49,603 nt of DNA from Planctomycetaceae bacterium (GCA_009691905.1 SIAF01000001.1:1-49603); one strand, 5' to 3'; shown: positions 1-10,826, counted from the first letter of the stretch. Numbers and translations: made by a program. Notes: a model not told the origin generated them from the sequence alone.

Positions 1-156
1 CAGATTGCGAAGGAAACCGGAATCGACGAAAGCGCCCTGGCGAAGTTCTACAACGGGCATCGCGGGCTTTCGATGAAAGCCCTGAATGCCTTGGGCGAGT
101 GCCTGCAATTGACGATCACCATGCGGCGGAAGCCGAGCAAATCGAAAGGCAGTTGA
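1..156 (+). CDS. C-terminal fragment of a small XRE/Cro-type helix-turn-helix protein (5' end outside window)
   Basis: Frame +1 is open from base 1 to TGA 154-156. It reads QIAKETGIDESALAKFYNGHRGLSMKALNALGECLQL..., the helix-turn-helix pattern of XRE-type regulators. The stop lies 3 nt before the integrase ATG. Confidence 0.5.
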   Translation, partial: QIAKETGIDESALAKFYNGHRGLSMKALNALGECLQLTITMRRKPSKSKGS

Positions 157-159
157 ACT

Positions 160-1446
160 ATGGCGAGCATTTCACGCGACCCGAACGGGTATCGTCGGAT
201 TCTGTTTGTGGCCACGGATGGGAAGCGACGCACACTTCGGTTGGGCAAGGTTTCACAGCGTGCGGCCGAAGTCGTCAAAGGCCGGGTGGAACAGTTGCTT
301 GCGGCGAAGCTGACAGGCCACGCCCTCGAAGCCGACACGGCCAGTTGGGTGGCGGAGCGGGAACCCACGCTGACCAGCAAGCTGGCGGCTGTCGGGCTGA
401 TCCCTCGCCGGGACGCTGCCGAGTCTGTCGCGCTGGGCCATTTCATTGCCGAGTACATCGCCAAGCGAACGGATGCCAAGCCGCGTACTATCATCAACCT
501 GCGGTCGACTGCAACGGCCCTTGTGGGCTACTTCGGTGCAGTCCGCCCTTTGAAAAGCGTCACGCCCGGCGAGGCGGTCGAATGGCGACTTTGGATGCAG
601 ACCGAAAAGGGACTGGCGGATAACACCATCCGGCGGCATTGCGGGAGAGCGAAGCAATTCTACCGGCACGCCCTGAAGCGGCGGCTTGTGGCTGACAACC
701 CATTCGGCGAATTGAAATCCCGCGTCACAGGCAACCCAGAGCGGTTCTACTTCATCTCGCGAAGTGAAGCGGAAGCGGTTCTGAAAGCCTGCCCTGATAC
801 GCAATGGCGGCTGCTCTTTGCGCTCTCGCGGTTCGGTGGGCTGCGATGCCCCTCAGAACACCTCGCCTTACGATGGGGGGACGTGGATTGGGAGCGCGGT
901 CGCCTGACGGTTCGCAGCCCGAAGACGGAGCACATCCCCGGCCACGAATCCCGCATCGTGCCATTGTTTCCAGAACTGCGCCCGTACCTCGAAGCGGCCT
1001 TTGATGAAGCCGAACCGGGGACCGAATTCGTCATCACACTTCGCAGGGACGCGAATACGAACCTGCGGACACGGTTGACGAAGATCATTCAGCGGGCTGG
1101 CCTGAAGCCCTGGGAGCGGCTGTGGCACAACCTGCGCGCGACGCGGCAAACTGAACTCGCCGGCGAACACCCAGCGCACGTCGTTTGCACCTGGCTGGGC
1201 AACAGCGAAGCCGTCGCCCGCGAACATTACTTGCACGTCACGGACACAGACTTCGACCGCGCGCTCTGCACTCGGGCGGCGCAGAATCCGGCGCAGCAAC
1301 CCGCCGTTTCGCATTGCAATGCCTCGCAAGCGGCTTGGCCCGCGCACGAAAAAACCCCGGTTTTGCCGGGGTTTGCAACAATGTGCGAAACCTTGCCAAA
1401 CCGGGGGATACCCCCAAGGGGAGTCGAACCCCTGTTGCCGGACTGA
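160..1446 (+). CDS. Tyrosine-type site-specific recombinase / phage integrase family
   Basis: 428-aa ORF. Catalytic-domain signatures occur in order: GGLRCPSE (Arg), WHNLRATR (His-x-x-Arg), TWLGNS, EHYLHV (nucleophile Tyr). The 3' end is uncertain. A ~70-aa uninformative tail crosses the tRNA terminator hairpin and 38 nt of the tRNA gene before the first stop. Confidence 0.85.
   Translation: MASISRDPNGYRRILFVATDGKRRTLRLGKVSQRAAEVVKGRVEQLLAAKLTGHALEADTASWVAEREPTLTSKLAAVGLIPRRDAAESVALGHFIAEYIAKRTDAKPRTIINLRSTATALVGYFGAVRPLKSVTPGEAVEWRLWMQTEKGLADNTIRRHCGRAKQFYRHALKRRLVADNPFGELKSRVTGNPERFYFISRSEAEAVLKACPDTQWRLLFALSRFGGLRCPSEHLALRWGDVDWERGRLTVRSPKTEHIPGHESRIVPLFPELRPYLEAAFDEAEPGTEFVITLRRDANTNLRTRLTKIIQRAGLKPWERLWHNLRATRQTELAGEHPAHVVCTWLGNSEAVAREHYLHVTDTDFDRALCTRAAQNPAQQPAVSHCNASQAAWPAHEKTPVLPGFATMCETLPNRGIPPRGVEPLLPD
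1349..1374 (-). terminator. Rho-independent terminator downstream of tRNA-Glu
   Basis: The minus strand reads AAACCCCGG-CAAAA-CCGGGGTTT followed by a run of T (6 A at 1349-1354 on the plus strand). It lies 34 nt after the tRNA 3' end. Confidence 0.7.
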
Positions 1447-1481
1447 GAACCCGGAGTCCTGGGCCACTAGACGATGGGGGC
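1409..1481 (-). tRNA. tRNA-Glu: tRNA-Glu (anticodon CUC)
   Basis: The reverse complement folds as a 73-nt cloverleaf. Acceptor is GCCCCCA/TGGGGGT with a Glu-type short D arm (GTCTAGTGGCCCAGGAC). Anticodon stem is CCGGG/TCCGG with loop TT-CTC-AG. T arm is AGGGG-TTCGACT-CCCCT, discriminator A, CCA not encoded. D and T arms closely resemble E. coli tRNA-Glu. Confidence 0.9.
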
Positions 1482-1502
1482 CGATGACCAACAGCGAAGT
1501 CA

Positions 1503-1531
1503 AAATTAGTCGGTGCCGGTGCGCCTGTCAA
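1503..1531 (-). promoter_or_regulatory. Sigma70-like promoter for tRNA-Glu (TTGACA-17 nt-TAATTT)
   Basis: The minus strand has TTGACA (1531-1526), an exact 17-nt spacer, and TAATTT (1508-1503). The -10 element ends about 21 nt upstream of the mature tRNA 5' end. Confidence 0.55.
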
Positions 1532-1611
1532 GAATTGGAGAGACGTTACCGGCAGCAGGTTCGCGGCAGATCGAGTCGCGAGGATCGAATTGATTGACAA
1601 TCAAGAGCCCG

Positions 1612-4600
1612 TCAATTGAAAGCTTCGATGCCGCCGTTGCCCAGGTCGGCAATCGCGTCGCTGCCGAATTTCCAGAACCAGTCGAGGCCCGCTTCGCCGA
1701 TCATCGTATCGATCGACGATCCGTCGGCGAGGACCGTGGTGCTGTCGAGTTTGAAGGTGCCGTTCAGCCCGGTGCCGTTTTTCAAGTGGTCGATCCGCAG
1801 GTCGTAGGCCAGATCGATGCGGGTCCACTCGGCCATGACGGCGTCGATGGCCGGTCGATTGAGTATCAGCGTCGATTCGTCGTAGTAAGACAGCTTGCCG
1901 GCAATCAGCAGGTCGTCGTCGTCGCCGCCGTTCAGGTTGTCGACGCCGGTGCCCCCGACCACGAGATCGAGGCCCCCCAGCCCCCCGATCGTGTCGTTTC
2001 CCGCCCCGCCGATCAGCACGTTGTTCAGGCTGTTTCCGAGAATCGTGTCGTTTTTCGACGACCCGACGACCATTTCGAGGTCGCCTCCGGACAAAAGCGT
2101 CAGGTTCAGGTTGCCGTTCACGGGCTGCGCACTCGTGCTTGCCAGATTGATCGCAATCGCGACGGTCGTCGTTTGCGAGAAATCGAGCAGGTCGACCCCC
2201 GCTGATTCGGCGAGCGTGTCGCTGCCGAGCGCGGCATCGGCGTCGAATGCATACACGTCGTCGCCGTTGCCCCCCGTCAAAAGGTCGTTTCCGACTCCGC
2301 CGACGAGCACGTCGTTGCCGTCATTTCCCGTGAGCGTGTCGTTGCCGGCGCCCCCCGTGAGCGTGTTGGCCAGGGCATTGCCGATGAGTACGTCATCCAG
2401 CGAACCGCCGATGACTCGGTCGATCACATCCCCGGCCCCCAGCGTGAGCGTCAGGTTGCCGTTGACGACCTGGGTCGAACCGAGCGACAGGTTGACTGTC
2501 AGGCCCTGAGTCGTGGTGGCCGAAAAATCGAGCGTGTCGACGCCCGCCCCCACGAGCTCGTCGATCGTGTCGCTTCCCAGGGCCGAATCGGCGTCGAATG
2601 AGTATTTGTCGTCGCCATTGCCCCCCTTCAAGAGGTCGGCGCCGGCCCCGCCGACGAGCACGTCGTTGCCGTCATTTCCCGTGAGCATGTCGTTACCGGC
2701 ATTCCCCGTGAGCGTATTGGCCAGGGCATTGCCGATCAGCACGTCATCCAGTGAGCCACCGGTGAGGTTTTCGATCGCGTCGCCGGCGCCGAGCGTCAGC
2801 GTCAGGTTGCCGGCAGCCACGACCTGAGGCGTCGTTACCGACAAATTGAACGCGATCGTCTTCGTCGAGGTGGGCGAGAAATCGAGCGTGTCGGCGCCGG
2901 CGGTCTCGGCGATCGTGTCGCTCCCCAGCGCCGAATCGGCGTCGAATATGTACGTGTCTTTGTCGTCGCCGCCGGCAAGGGTATCGTCGCCCGCGCCTCC
3001 GACCAGGTTGTCGTTGCCGGCGCCGCCGGCCAGCTCGTCGTTCCCGGCGCCGCCGGTGAGCGTGTTCGCGAGCGCGTTGCCGGTGAGCGTGTCGCCCAGC
3101 GCTCCCCCGGTCACGCTTTCGAACGTGTCGGCCGCCGACAACGTCAGCGACACGTTGCCGTTGACGACCTGCGTCGTCGTCGTCGACAGATTCACGGCGA
3201 TGGCCTGCGTTGTCGTGGACGAAAAGTCGAGAGTCTCGGTGCCGCCACCTGTGGCTTCGACCAGCGTATCGCTTCCCAAAGCCGCGTCGGCGTCGAACAC
3301 ATAGGTGTCGTTTCCGGAGGCACCGGCCAGCGTGTCGTCGCCCGGCCCCCCGGTGATGAGGTTGGCGAGGGTGTTGCCCGTCATGCTGTCGCCCAGCGCT
3401 CCGCCGATCACATTTTCGAAGGCGGCGTTCGAACCGAGCGTCAACCCGAGGTTGGCGTTGACGGTCTGAACGGTCGTCAGACTCAGATTGACGGTAATTG
3501 CGTGAGTCGTCGTGGCTGAAAAGTCGAGGGTGTCGATACCGGCGCTGTCGGCCAGCGTGTCGCTCCCCAGCGGCGTATCGGCGTCGAAGATGTAGCTGTC
3601 ATTCCCGGCGTTGCCCGCGAGCGTGTCGTCGCCGGCCCCGCCATCGAGCACGTCGGCGCCGGTCCCACCGGTCAGCGTGTCATTGCCATCGCCCCCGAAC
3701 GCCAGCAGCGGCTTGGTATACGCCGCCGCATTCACGACGTCGTTGCCGCCGTGTGCTCTGATGCGCAAACCGGTCACGTCGCCGGTCGAGTAAGTGGACG
3801 TCGTGCCGTTATAGGTCACGCCGGGCGTCGCGCTGACGGTGACCGTGTCAGCCGCGCCGCTGCCATGGACTTGAACCAGGTTCTTGGCCGCGTGATAAAC
3901 ACCGGCAAACGCCACCACGTTGTTGTCGCCCGGAGAGCTCGCGTCGGTCTCTGGTATCGCGTCGGTCGGGTCGGCGACAAACAGCAAAAAGTAATCGGCG
4001 TCAACCTCGGCTGCCCCTGCAGCCGGCAGCGCAATCTGCCCGGCGCCGCTGCCGATCGTGAACGTTTTGACGTGCGTCCCCACCGTTGTATCGGCTGTCG
4101 CCGAAAGCGAAACGGTCGCCAGCAGCACGTCGCCGCCGACCGTCGCGTCACTCGAGCGGTACACACCCAGGTTGAACGGATCGACGGGCGAGGTGAGCAC
4201 CTCGTAGGTCACAGTCAGGGTCGTACTGCCATTCGCAGTGGCCGAGAGCATCTGGATGTCGGGAGGGGGGTTATCGGCGGTCCAGGTGTCAGAAATCGAC
4301 CCTGTGCCGTGCTGGCCGACCAGGTCGGCAATTCCACCCATGTTGACCGTGGCCGCGTACGTGCCGTCGTAACCGGTGATATTGGTAAGGCCGTTGATGC
4401 GATAGGTCGATCCGGAGACGAACGACACCGTCACGGCACTGGTGATGAGGTTGGCTCCGCCGTTACGAGTCAGCGTGACGTCGTGAAAATCGAAACTGGC
4501 CAGGTCGATTGGTCTGGTAAACGTCACATCGACCGACGGGACGCTCGACAGATGCGGGTCGGGCGCGACGTCGACGATGTCGCCGACGGGGCGGGTGCGC

Positions 4601-6779
4601 TCGAACAGGATCGCGCGGCCGCTGCCGATCAGGGGATGGACGCCGTTGTTTTTCGCAACGAGCAGCCGATCGAGGCCCTGCGCGCCTGCGGCCTTAAGCC
4701 CGACCGTCGCGCCGGCGCCGTTATCGACCGTGGCATCGCCGAAGTCGAGATCGCCGTAATTAAAAACGATGTTGCCGTCGGACGATCCCGTATCCAATTG
4801 CAGAACGGCTTGGAAGGTCGCCGGCGACGGGCTGCCGGGTGCATGGCGGACCGAACTCCATTCGATTACAAGCCGATCGCGAACACTGTCGCCGGTGGTG
4901 TCTTCGAATCGCGACAGCACCAGGTCGGCGGCGCCGTCGAGATCGGTTCGCAGGTCGTCCCAAAAGGGGGCAATCGCTGCCTGTGACGGCGAAGCCGACA
5001 GGTTGGTGTTCGCGGCCGTGGGATTGGCGCTGCCGAACGTGATCAGGCCGTTGCTGCTGACGAACAGCGACGAGGCGCCTGTGTAAGTCGTGCCGTAAAA
5101 TGTGAAGGTATTGACGCCGAGGTCAATCGCCGCGGCGCCGTCGTCAACCCCATCGAGCACCGTGACGACGCCGGAATCGGCCGGATTGAGATCGATCGGC
5201 TCGTAGGTCGTGGCCGCCGCGAGATAGTTCGAGGGGGTCGCTGCGGCATGGCTCAGCAGGTAATTCAAAGTGCCGGCCGCGTTCAGCCGCCCTCCGCTGG
5301 CGACGATGCCCGACAACGACGCCCGCGGGTCGACGCCCCCCAGAACGGCTGCACGAATCTGCTGATAGTTGGCGTCGGGTGCGAGGCTCATGGCCAGCGC
5401 GGCGACCCCAACCACATGCGGGGTTGCCATCGATGTGCCGCTCAGCGACCCGTAGGTGTTGCCGGGCGTGGTGCTCAAGATCGACGTGCCCGGGGCCGCC
5501 AGATCGACGGTGGTCAAACCGTAGCTCGAAAAGCTCGCCAGCGCGTCCGTATTCGTCGTGGCGGCGACGGCGATGATGTTATCCAGGTCGTAGCTGGCCG
5601 GATAAAACGGCGTCGCGTTATTGTTGGAATGACTATTGCCGGCGGCGGCGACAAAAAGGACGCCCGCGTCGCATTGAGAGGCGATCGCATCATACAGTGC
5701 CGGATCGTACCCGCCCCCCCCCAACTGTTGTTCGTCACACGAATGTTGACGCCGCGTTCGCGCATCATAGCGGCATAGTTCAGCGCCGCGATCGCATCGC
5801 TGTCGGTGCCGCTGCCCGAAGAGTCGAAAACTTTCAGCGCCATCAAACTCACGTTCCAATTCACGCCGACGACGCCCACGCCATTGTTGCCGACGGCGCC
5901 GATCGTCCCTGAGACGTGCGTCCCATGCTGGTTGTCGTCCATCGGATTGCTGTCGTGATTGACGAAATCCCAACCGTGAACATCGTCGACGAAGCCGTTG
6001 CCGTCATTGTCGATTCCGTCACCGGGCGTTTCTCCGGGATTTGTCCAGATATTCGCCGCCAGGTCGGGATGGGTGTAATCGATGCCGGTATCGATCACAC
6101 CTACGACGACTGAGTTGCTGCCGGTCGTCAGCTCCCAGGCGGCGGTGGCGTCGATGTCGGCATCGACCGTGCCGCCGGTTTGCCCGGTGTTTTCGAGTCC
6201 ATACAGGCTCGAAAATGAGGGATCATTTGGAATCGTCGAAATCTGCAGCACCTGGTCGCGCTGGAAACCGGCGATGCTGGTATTGGCTCGGAACCAGGCG
6301 GCGACCGTTTCGGGTGAACCGCCCCAGGTCTCAATCAAAACCTCTCCGACGCCCCCCAGGCCGCGGACAACCTGGAAGGAGACCGGCGCCGCGTTCAGCA
6401 GCGATGCCGTCTGGCCGACCGTCAGAAATGAACTGACCGCATTTTTATCGAACTGCACGATCCATTCGGCCGTTGATAATTCAGTGTTTAGCCCGAGATC
6501 GGCGGTGGCAACGGTCGAAGCCACCTGCGGAGATGCCATTTGCGGCGCGGCAGGCACGCTTTGGAACCACAGCGGCGCAATCCCGGATGCCGGCACTACA
6601 CCCGCTGTCGCCGCCAGTGTGCTGAGCATCGTCCTGTCTTCGAGGACAACTGCGTAAAGACACTGGCCGACCGCTTCACGGCGGCGACGAAGCTCGGGTC
6701 GCAGACCGAGCCCGCGGCCTGAAAGCAGCGACCGATTCCACCAGGTCGAGAGCCCACGCCAGTCGGGAAAGTTGTTCAT
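1612..6779 (-). pseudogene. Giant secreted S8 subtilase / NIDO-like / Ig-like / RTX calcium-binding super-repeat protein, interrupted by a -1 frameshift (pseudogene, phase-off state or homopolymer sequencing error)
   Basis: Two overlapping minus-strand ORFs (6779->5514 and 5973->1612) split one S8 domain. Asp (VIDTGID), His (HGTHVSG) and Asn (NNSWGG) lie in the upstream ORF. GVLFVAAAGN and Ser (GTSMATPHV) lie in the downstream ORF. The frames meet at a C9 run (5714-5722, G9 on the coding strand). One extra G gives NSWGGGGYDPALYDAI... and a continuous 1722-aa protein (5168+1 nt is divisible by 3). The start is taken as ATG 6779 (MNNFPDW...), followed by RRRREAV...VVLEDRTMLS. Confidence 0.85.
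1900..3750 (-). repeat. Tandem ~350-bp (~117-aa) coding super-repeats built from RTX GGxGxD nonapeptides
   Basis: The landmark FDADxALGSDT recurs at about 2218, 2569, 2918, 3268 and 3560. Each unit has the form ...GGAGNDxLxGGxGxDxYxFDADxALGSDTxxE..DTLDFSxTTTxxIxVNLSxxxxQxVNxNLxLTL...IGGxLxDxLxGNxLAN. Confidence 0.85.
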
Positions 6780-6801
6780 GGTCTCTAGTTCATGGTCTCT
6801 A
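6774..6801 (-). repeat. Perfect 14-bp tandem duplication covering the start codon of the giant gene
   Basis: Plus-strand gttcatggtctcta occurs twice (6774-6787, 6788-6801). The minus strand reads TAGAGACCATGAAC TAGAGACCATGAAC-AAC.... The upstream copy therefore forms ATG-AAC-TAG directly before the real ATG-AAC-AAC. Confidence 0.8.
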
Positions 6802-6921
6802 AACGTCAGTGTGAGGCAGGATGATCGGCCATGATCCCGGCTTGCAAGCAAGTTCTGAGGATAGCCACGGCAGATGGTGTCCGCAACCGCTTTCTGCGGA
6901 AGGCAACCTCGGGGGGCGGAA

Positions 6922-6952
6922 GAAACAGGGGGCTTACACCCACCCGCTCGCC
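6922..6952 (+). repeat. REP-like dispersed repeat, family A (GAAACAGGGGGCTGACGCCCCCGCTCGCC), copy 1
   Basis: gaaacagggggcttacacccacccgctcgcc. It matches the copies at 11760-11789 (reverse), 11857-11886, 28010-28039 and 29196-29225. Confidence 0.75.
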
Positions 6953-6962
6953 GGGTTGATCG

Positions 6963-6991
6963 GTGACAAACGACGACTGGTCTGTTAAAAT
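6963..6991 (+). promoter_or_regulatory. Sigma70-like promoter upstream of kdsB (GTGACA-17 nt-TAAAAT)
   Basis: GTGACA 6963-6968, 17-nt spacer, TAAAAT 6986-6991. This lies about 60 nt upstream of the kdsB GTG, which is preceded by GGAGG at 7039-7043. Confidence 0.45.
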
Positions 6992-7050
6992 CCGCGTAAG
7001 CGACGGGAACCGGTCCGCCGGCCGGACCGCGACGTCACGGAGGGTGCCTC

Positions 7051-7839
7051 GTGTCGCAGCAGGTGTATGGATTCATCCCCGCCCGGTTGGCGTCGACCCG
7101 GCTCCCGCGCAAGCTGCTGCTGGCCGAGACCGGCAAACCGCTGCTGCAGCATACGTGGGAGGCCGCGCGGCAATCGCGATCGCTGGCCGATGTGATCGTC
7201 GCCGCCGATAGCAGCGAGATTGCCGATGCCGTCCGGCGGTTCGGAGGCCGTTGCGAACTGACGGGCGAGCACCCCAGCGGCACCGATCGGATTGCCGAAG
7301 TCGTTCGCCGCTCGTATCGCGAGGCGGCGATCGTGGTCAATATCCAGGGAGACGAGCCGGAAATCGATCCGCAGCAGATCGAACTTCTGGTGGAATTGCT
7401 GGCGCGCCATCCCGAGGCACAGATGTCGACGCTGGCGACCCCCATCGCGACCCGCGAGGTTCGCGACAGCCCCTCGTGTGTGAAGGTCGTGCGCGCCGGC
7501 GATGGTCGCGCGCTGTATTTCAGCCGCAGCCTGATTCCCTATTGCCGCGACGTCGATCGCGATCGTTTGCTGCACCCCGATCGACTACTGCACCCTGATA
7601 CCTTGCATGGGGGCTCGCCGTGGTTGTTGCACCTGGGGGTCTATGCCTATCGCCGCGAATTTTTGCTGAATCTCACCGAGCGTCCGCCGTCGCGGCTGGA
7701 ACAGTGGGAAAAACTGGAGCAATTGCGGGCTTTGGAGGCGGGTGCGGTGATTCAGGTAGGCGTCGTCGACCGCCGCGCCGTTGGCATCGACACGCCGGAA
7801 GACTATGCTCGGTTTGTGGAGCGGGTCAGGAGCGGGTGA
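7051..7839 (+). CDS. kdsB: 3-deoxy-manno-octulosonate cytidylyltransferase (CMP-KDO synthetase)
   Basis: 262 aa with a GTG start. The N-terminus GFIPARLASTRLPRKLL...GKPLLQHTW and the motifs IVVNIQGDEP and LEQLRALEAG are typical KdsB. Confidence 0.9.
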   Translation: MSQQVYGFIPARLASTRLPRKLLLAETGKPLLQHTWEAARQSRSLADVIVAADSSEIADAVRRFGGRCELTGEHPSGTDRIAEVVRRSYREAAIVVNIQGDEPEIDPQQIELLVELLARHPEAQMSTLATPIATREVRDSPSCVKVVRAGDGRALYFSRSLIPYCRDVDRDRLLHPDRLLHPDTLHGGSPWLLHLGVYAYRREFLLNLTERPPSRLEQWEKLEQLRALEAGAVIQVGVVDRRAVGIDTPEDYARFVERVRSG

Positions 7840-7903
7840 TCGAACCGCACCGCGGTCGGTTGAGGTTGAGGGCGGGGCAACGATTCCAGAAATTCTGTGA
7901 TAA

Positions 7904-9541
<1,638 letters not shown>

Positions 9542-9641
9542 GCCCGGCCGATGTCGCAAAATACACAACGATCCGCTTCCGGGCTAAGTGGTTTGGTTCA
9601 TAAATCCGTATAGGGGTGATGAGACGACCCCCGATGATTAC

Positions 9642-9738
9642 GAATTCAGCCACGGAGGGACACGGATGAAACACGGATACGGGATGTGACGTATTCAGCC
9701 GTTTCCGTGCTTGATTCGTGTTTGTCCGTGGCTTATTC
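9642..9738. repeat. Imperfect ~100-bp palindromic REP-like element (CACGGA-rich arms)
   Basis: The left arm is GCCACGGAGGGACACGGATGAAACACGGATACGG. The reverse complement of the right arm is GCCACGGACAAACACGAATCAAGCACGGAAACGG. It sits in the pyrG-truB spacer. Outer 8-bp arms ATAGGGGT/ACCCCTAT lie near 9610 and 9767. Confidence 0.7.
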
Positions 9739-9929
9739 ATTAAGTCGCTCCAACAACAGGCAGCGTAACCCCTATGCGTACTTGTGAAACAGGCCACTTA
9801 AGGATGGCGTGTCGCGCGATACAATGCTGGTTCCACCACGCACGGCCGACTCCCGTTGGTCGCTGGCCGTGGCACCCATCCTCGCCTCGAAGCGGGTCGT
9901 TGCAAAATACAGGGGAGTGATCTCTGGAC

Positions 9930-10826
9930 GTGTCGAACGCCCGGTTAGCCGGAATTCTCAATCTCCACAAGCCGACCGGGATGACGTCCCGGGCTGTGGT
10001 CGATCGCGTCGTTCGCATTGCCGGAACCGGACGCGTCGGTCATGCCGGGACGCTCGATCCTCTCGCGACCGGCGTGCTGATCGTCTGCGTCGGCTGGACG
10101 ACGCGGCTCGTGCCCTGCATTCAGTCGCTTCGCAAACACTATCGCGCCGAGTTTCGGCTGGGCTGGACCAGTGACACCGATGACGTGACCGGCACGGTTG
10201 TCGAAGTCGAAAACGCCATCCCGCCCGATCGCAGCGTCGTCGTCGCCGCGCTTCCTGCATTTGTCGGTTGCATTCGCCAGGTGCCCCCCAGCCACTCGGC
10301 CGTGCATGTCGGCGGCCGACGTGCGTACCAGTTGGCCCGCAGCGGCCAAACCGTCGAAATCGAGCCGCGCGACGTCGAGGTCGATCGCCTGGAACTCGTG
10401 GAGTACGACTATCCGCGACTGGTTTTGGATATCGAATGTGGCTCAGGGACGTACGTCCGCGCGATTGGCCGCGATCTGGGCGAGCGGCTGGGCTGCGGTG
10501 CGGCGATGAGCGGCCTCGAACGCCGTGCGATCGGCGGGTTCGAAATCGCCCAGGTGATCGCTCTGGAAGATTTGAGTCGGGACTCTCTTGCGACCCAGCT
10601 CCTGCCGCCGCTTTCGGCCGTGCAGCATCTGCCGCAGATCGACTGCCCGGCGGACTTACTCACGGACCTGCGGCAGGGAAAACCACTGCCCGGTCCGCCG
10701 CGACCGGCCAAGGTCGCCGGCGGACTCACGGCGATCGTCGATCCCGAGGGCCACCTGGCGGCGCTCGCCGAATTCGATGAAGAGCGTCGGGTATTTAGGC
10801 CGCGGCAGGTGTTTCCGGTTCCATAG
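9930..10826 (+). CDS. truB: tRNA pseudouridine(55) synthase
   Basis: 298 aa. ILNLHKPTGMTSRAVVDRV...GHAGTLDPLATGVLIVCVG contains the catalytic Asp motif of TruB. Confidence 0.92.
   Translation: MSNARLAGILNLHKPTGMTSRAVVDRVVRIAGTGRVGHAGTLDPLATGVLIVCVGWTTRLVPCIQSLRKHYRAEFRLGWTSDTDDVTGTVVEVENAIPPDRSVVVAALPAFVGCIRQVPPSHSAVHVGGRRAYQLARSGQTVEIEPRDVEVDRLELVEYDYPRLVLDIECGSGTYVRAIGRDLGERLGCGAAMSGLERRAIGGFEIAQVIALEDLSRDSLATQLLPPLSAVQHLPQIDCPADLLTDLRQGKPLPGPPRPAKVAGGLTAIVDPEGHLAALAEFDEERRVFRPRQVFPVP

Noticed and set aside
1900-3750. Periodic repeats and the heptamer arrays (18610-18644, 34155-34597, 48828-48903) considered as possible CRISPR arrays.
   Set aside because: The ~350-bp periodicity is coding RTX super-repeat. 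The heptamer arrays are 7-bp microsatellite-like units with no spacers. No 25-40-bp repeat/unique-spacer architecture and no cas genes are present.
6780-6851. Upstream in-frame extension (MLASRDHGRSSCLTLTFRDHELET) of the giant gene.
   Set aside because: The extension is partly the translated 14-bp duplication and has no signal-like character. ATG 6779 gives the Arg-rich/LEDR N-terminus expected for this protein class.
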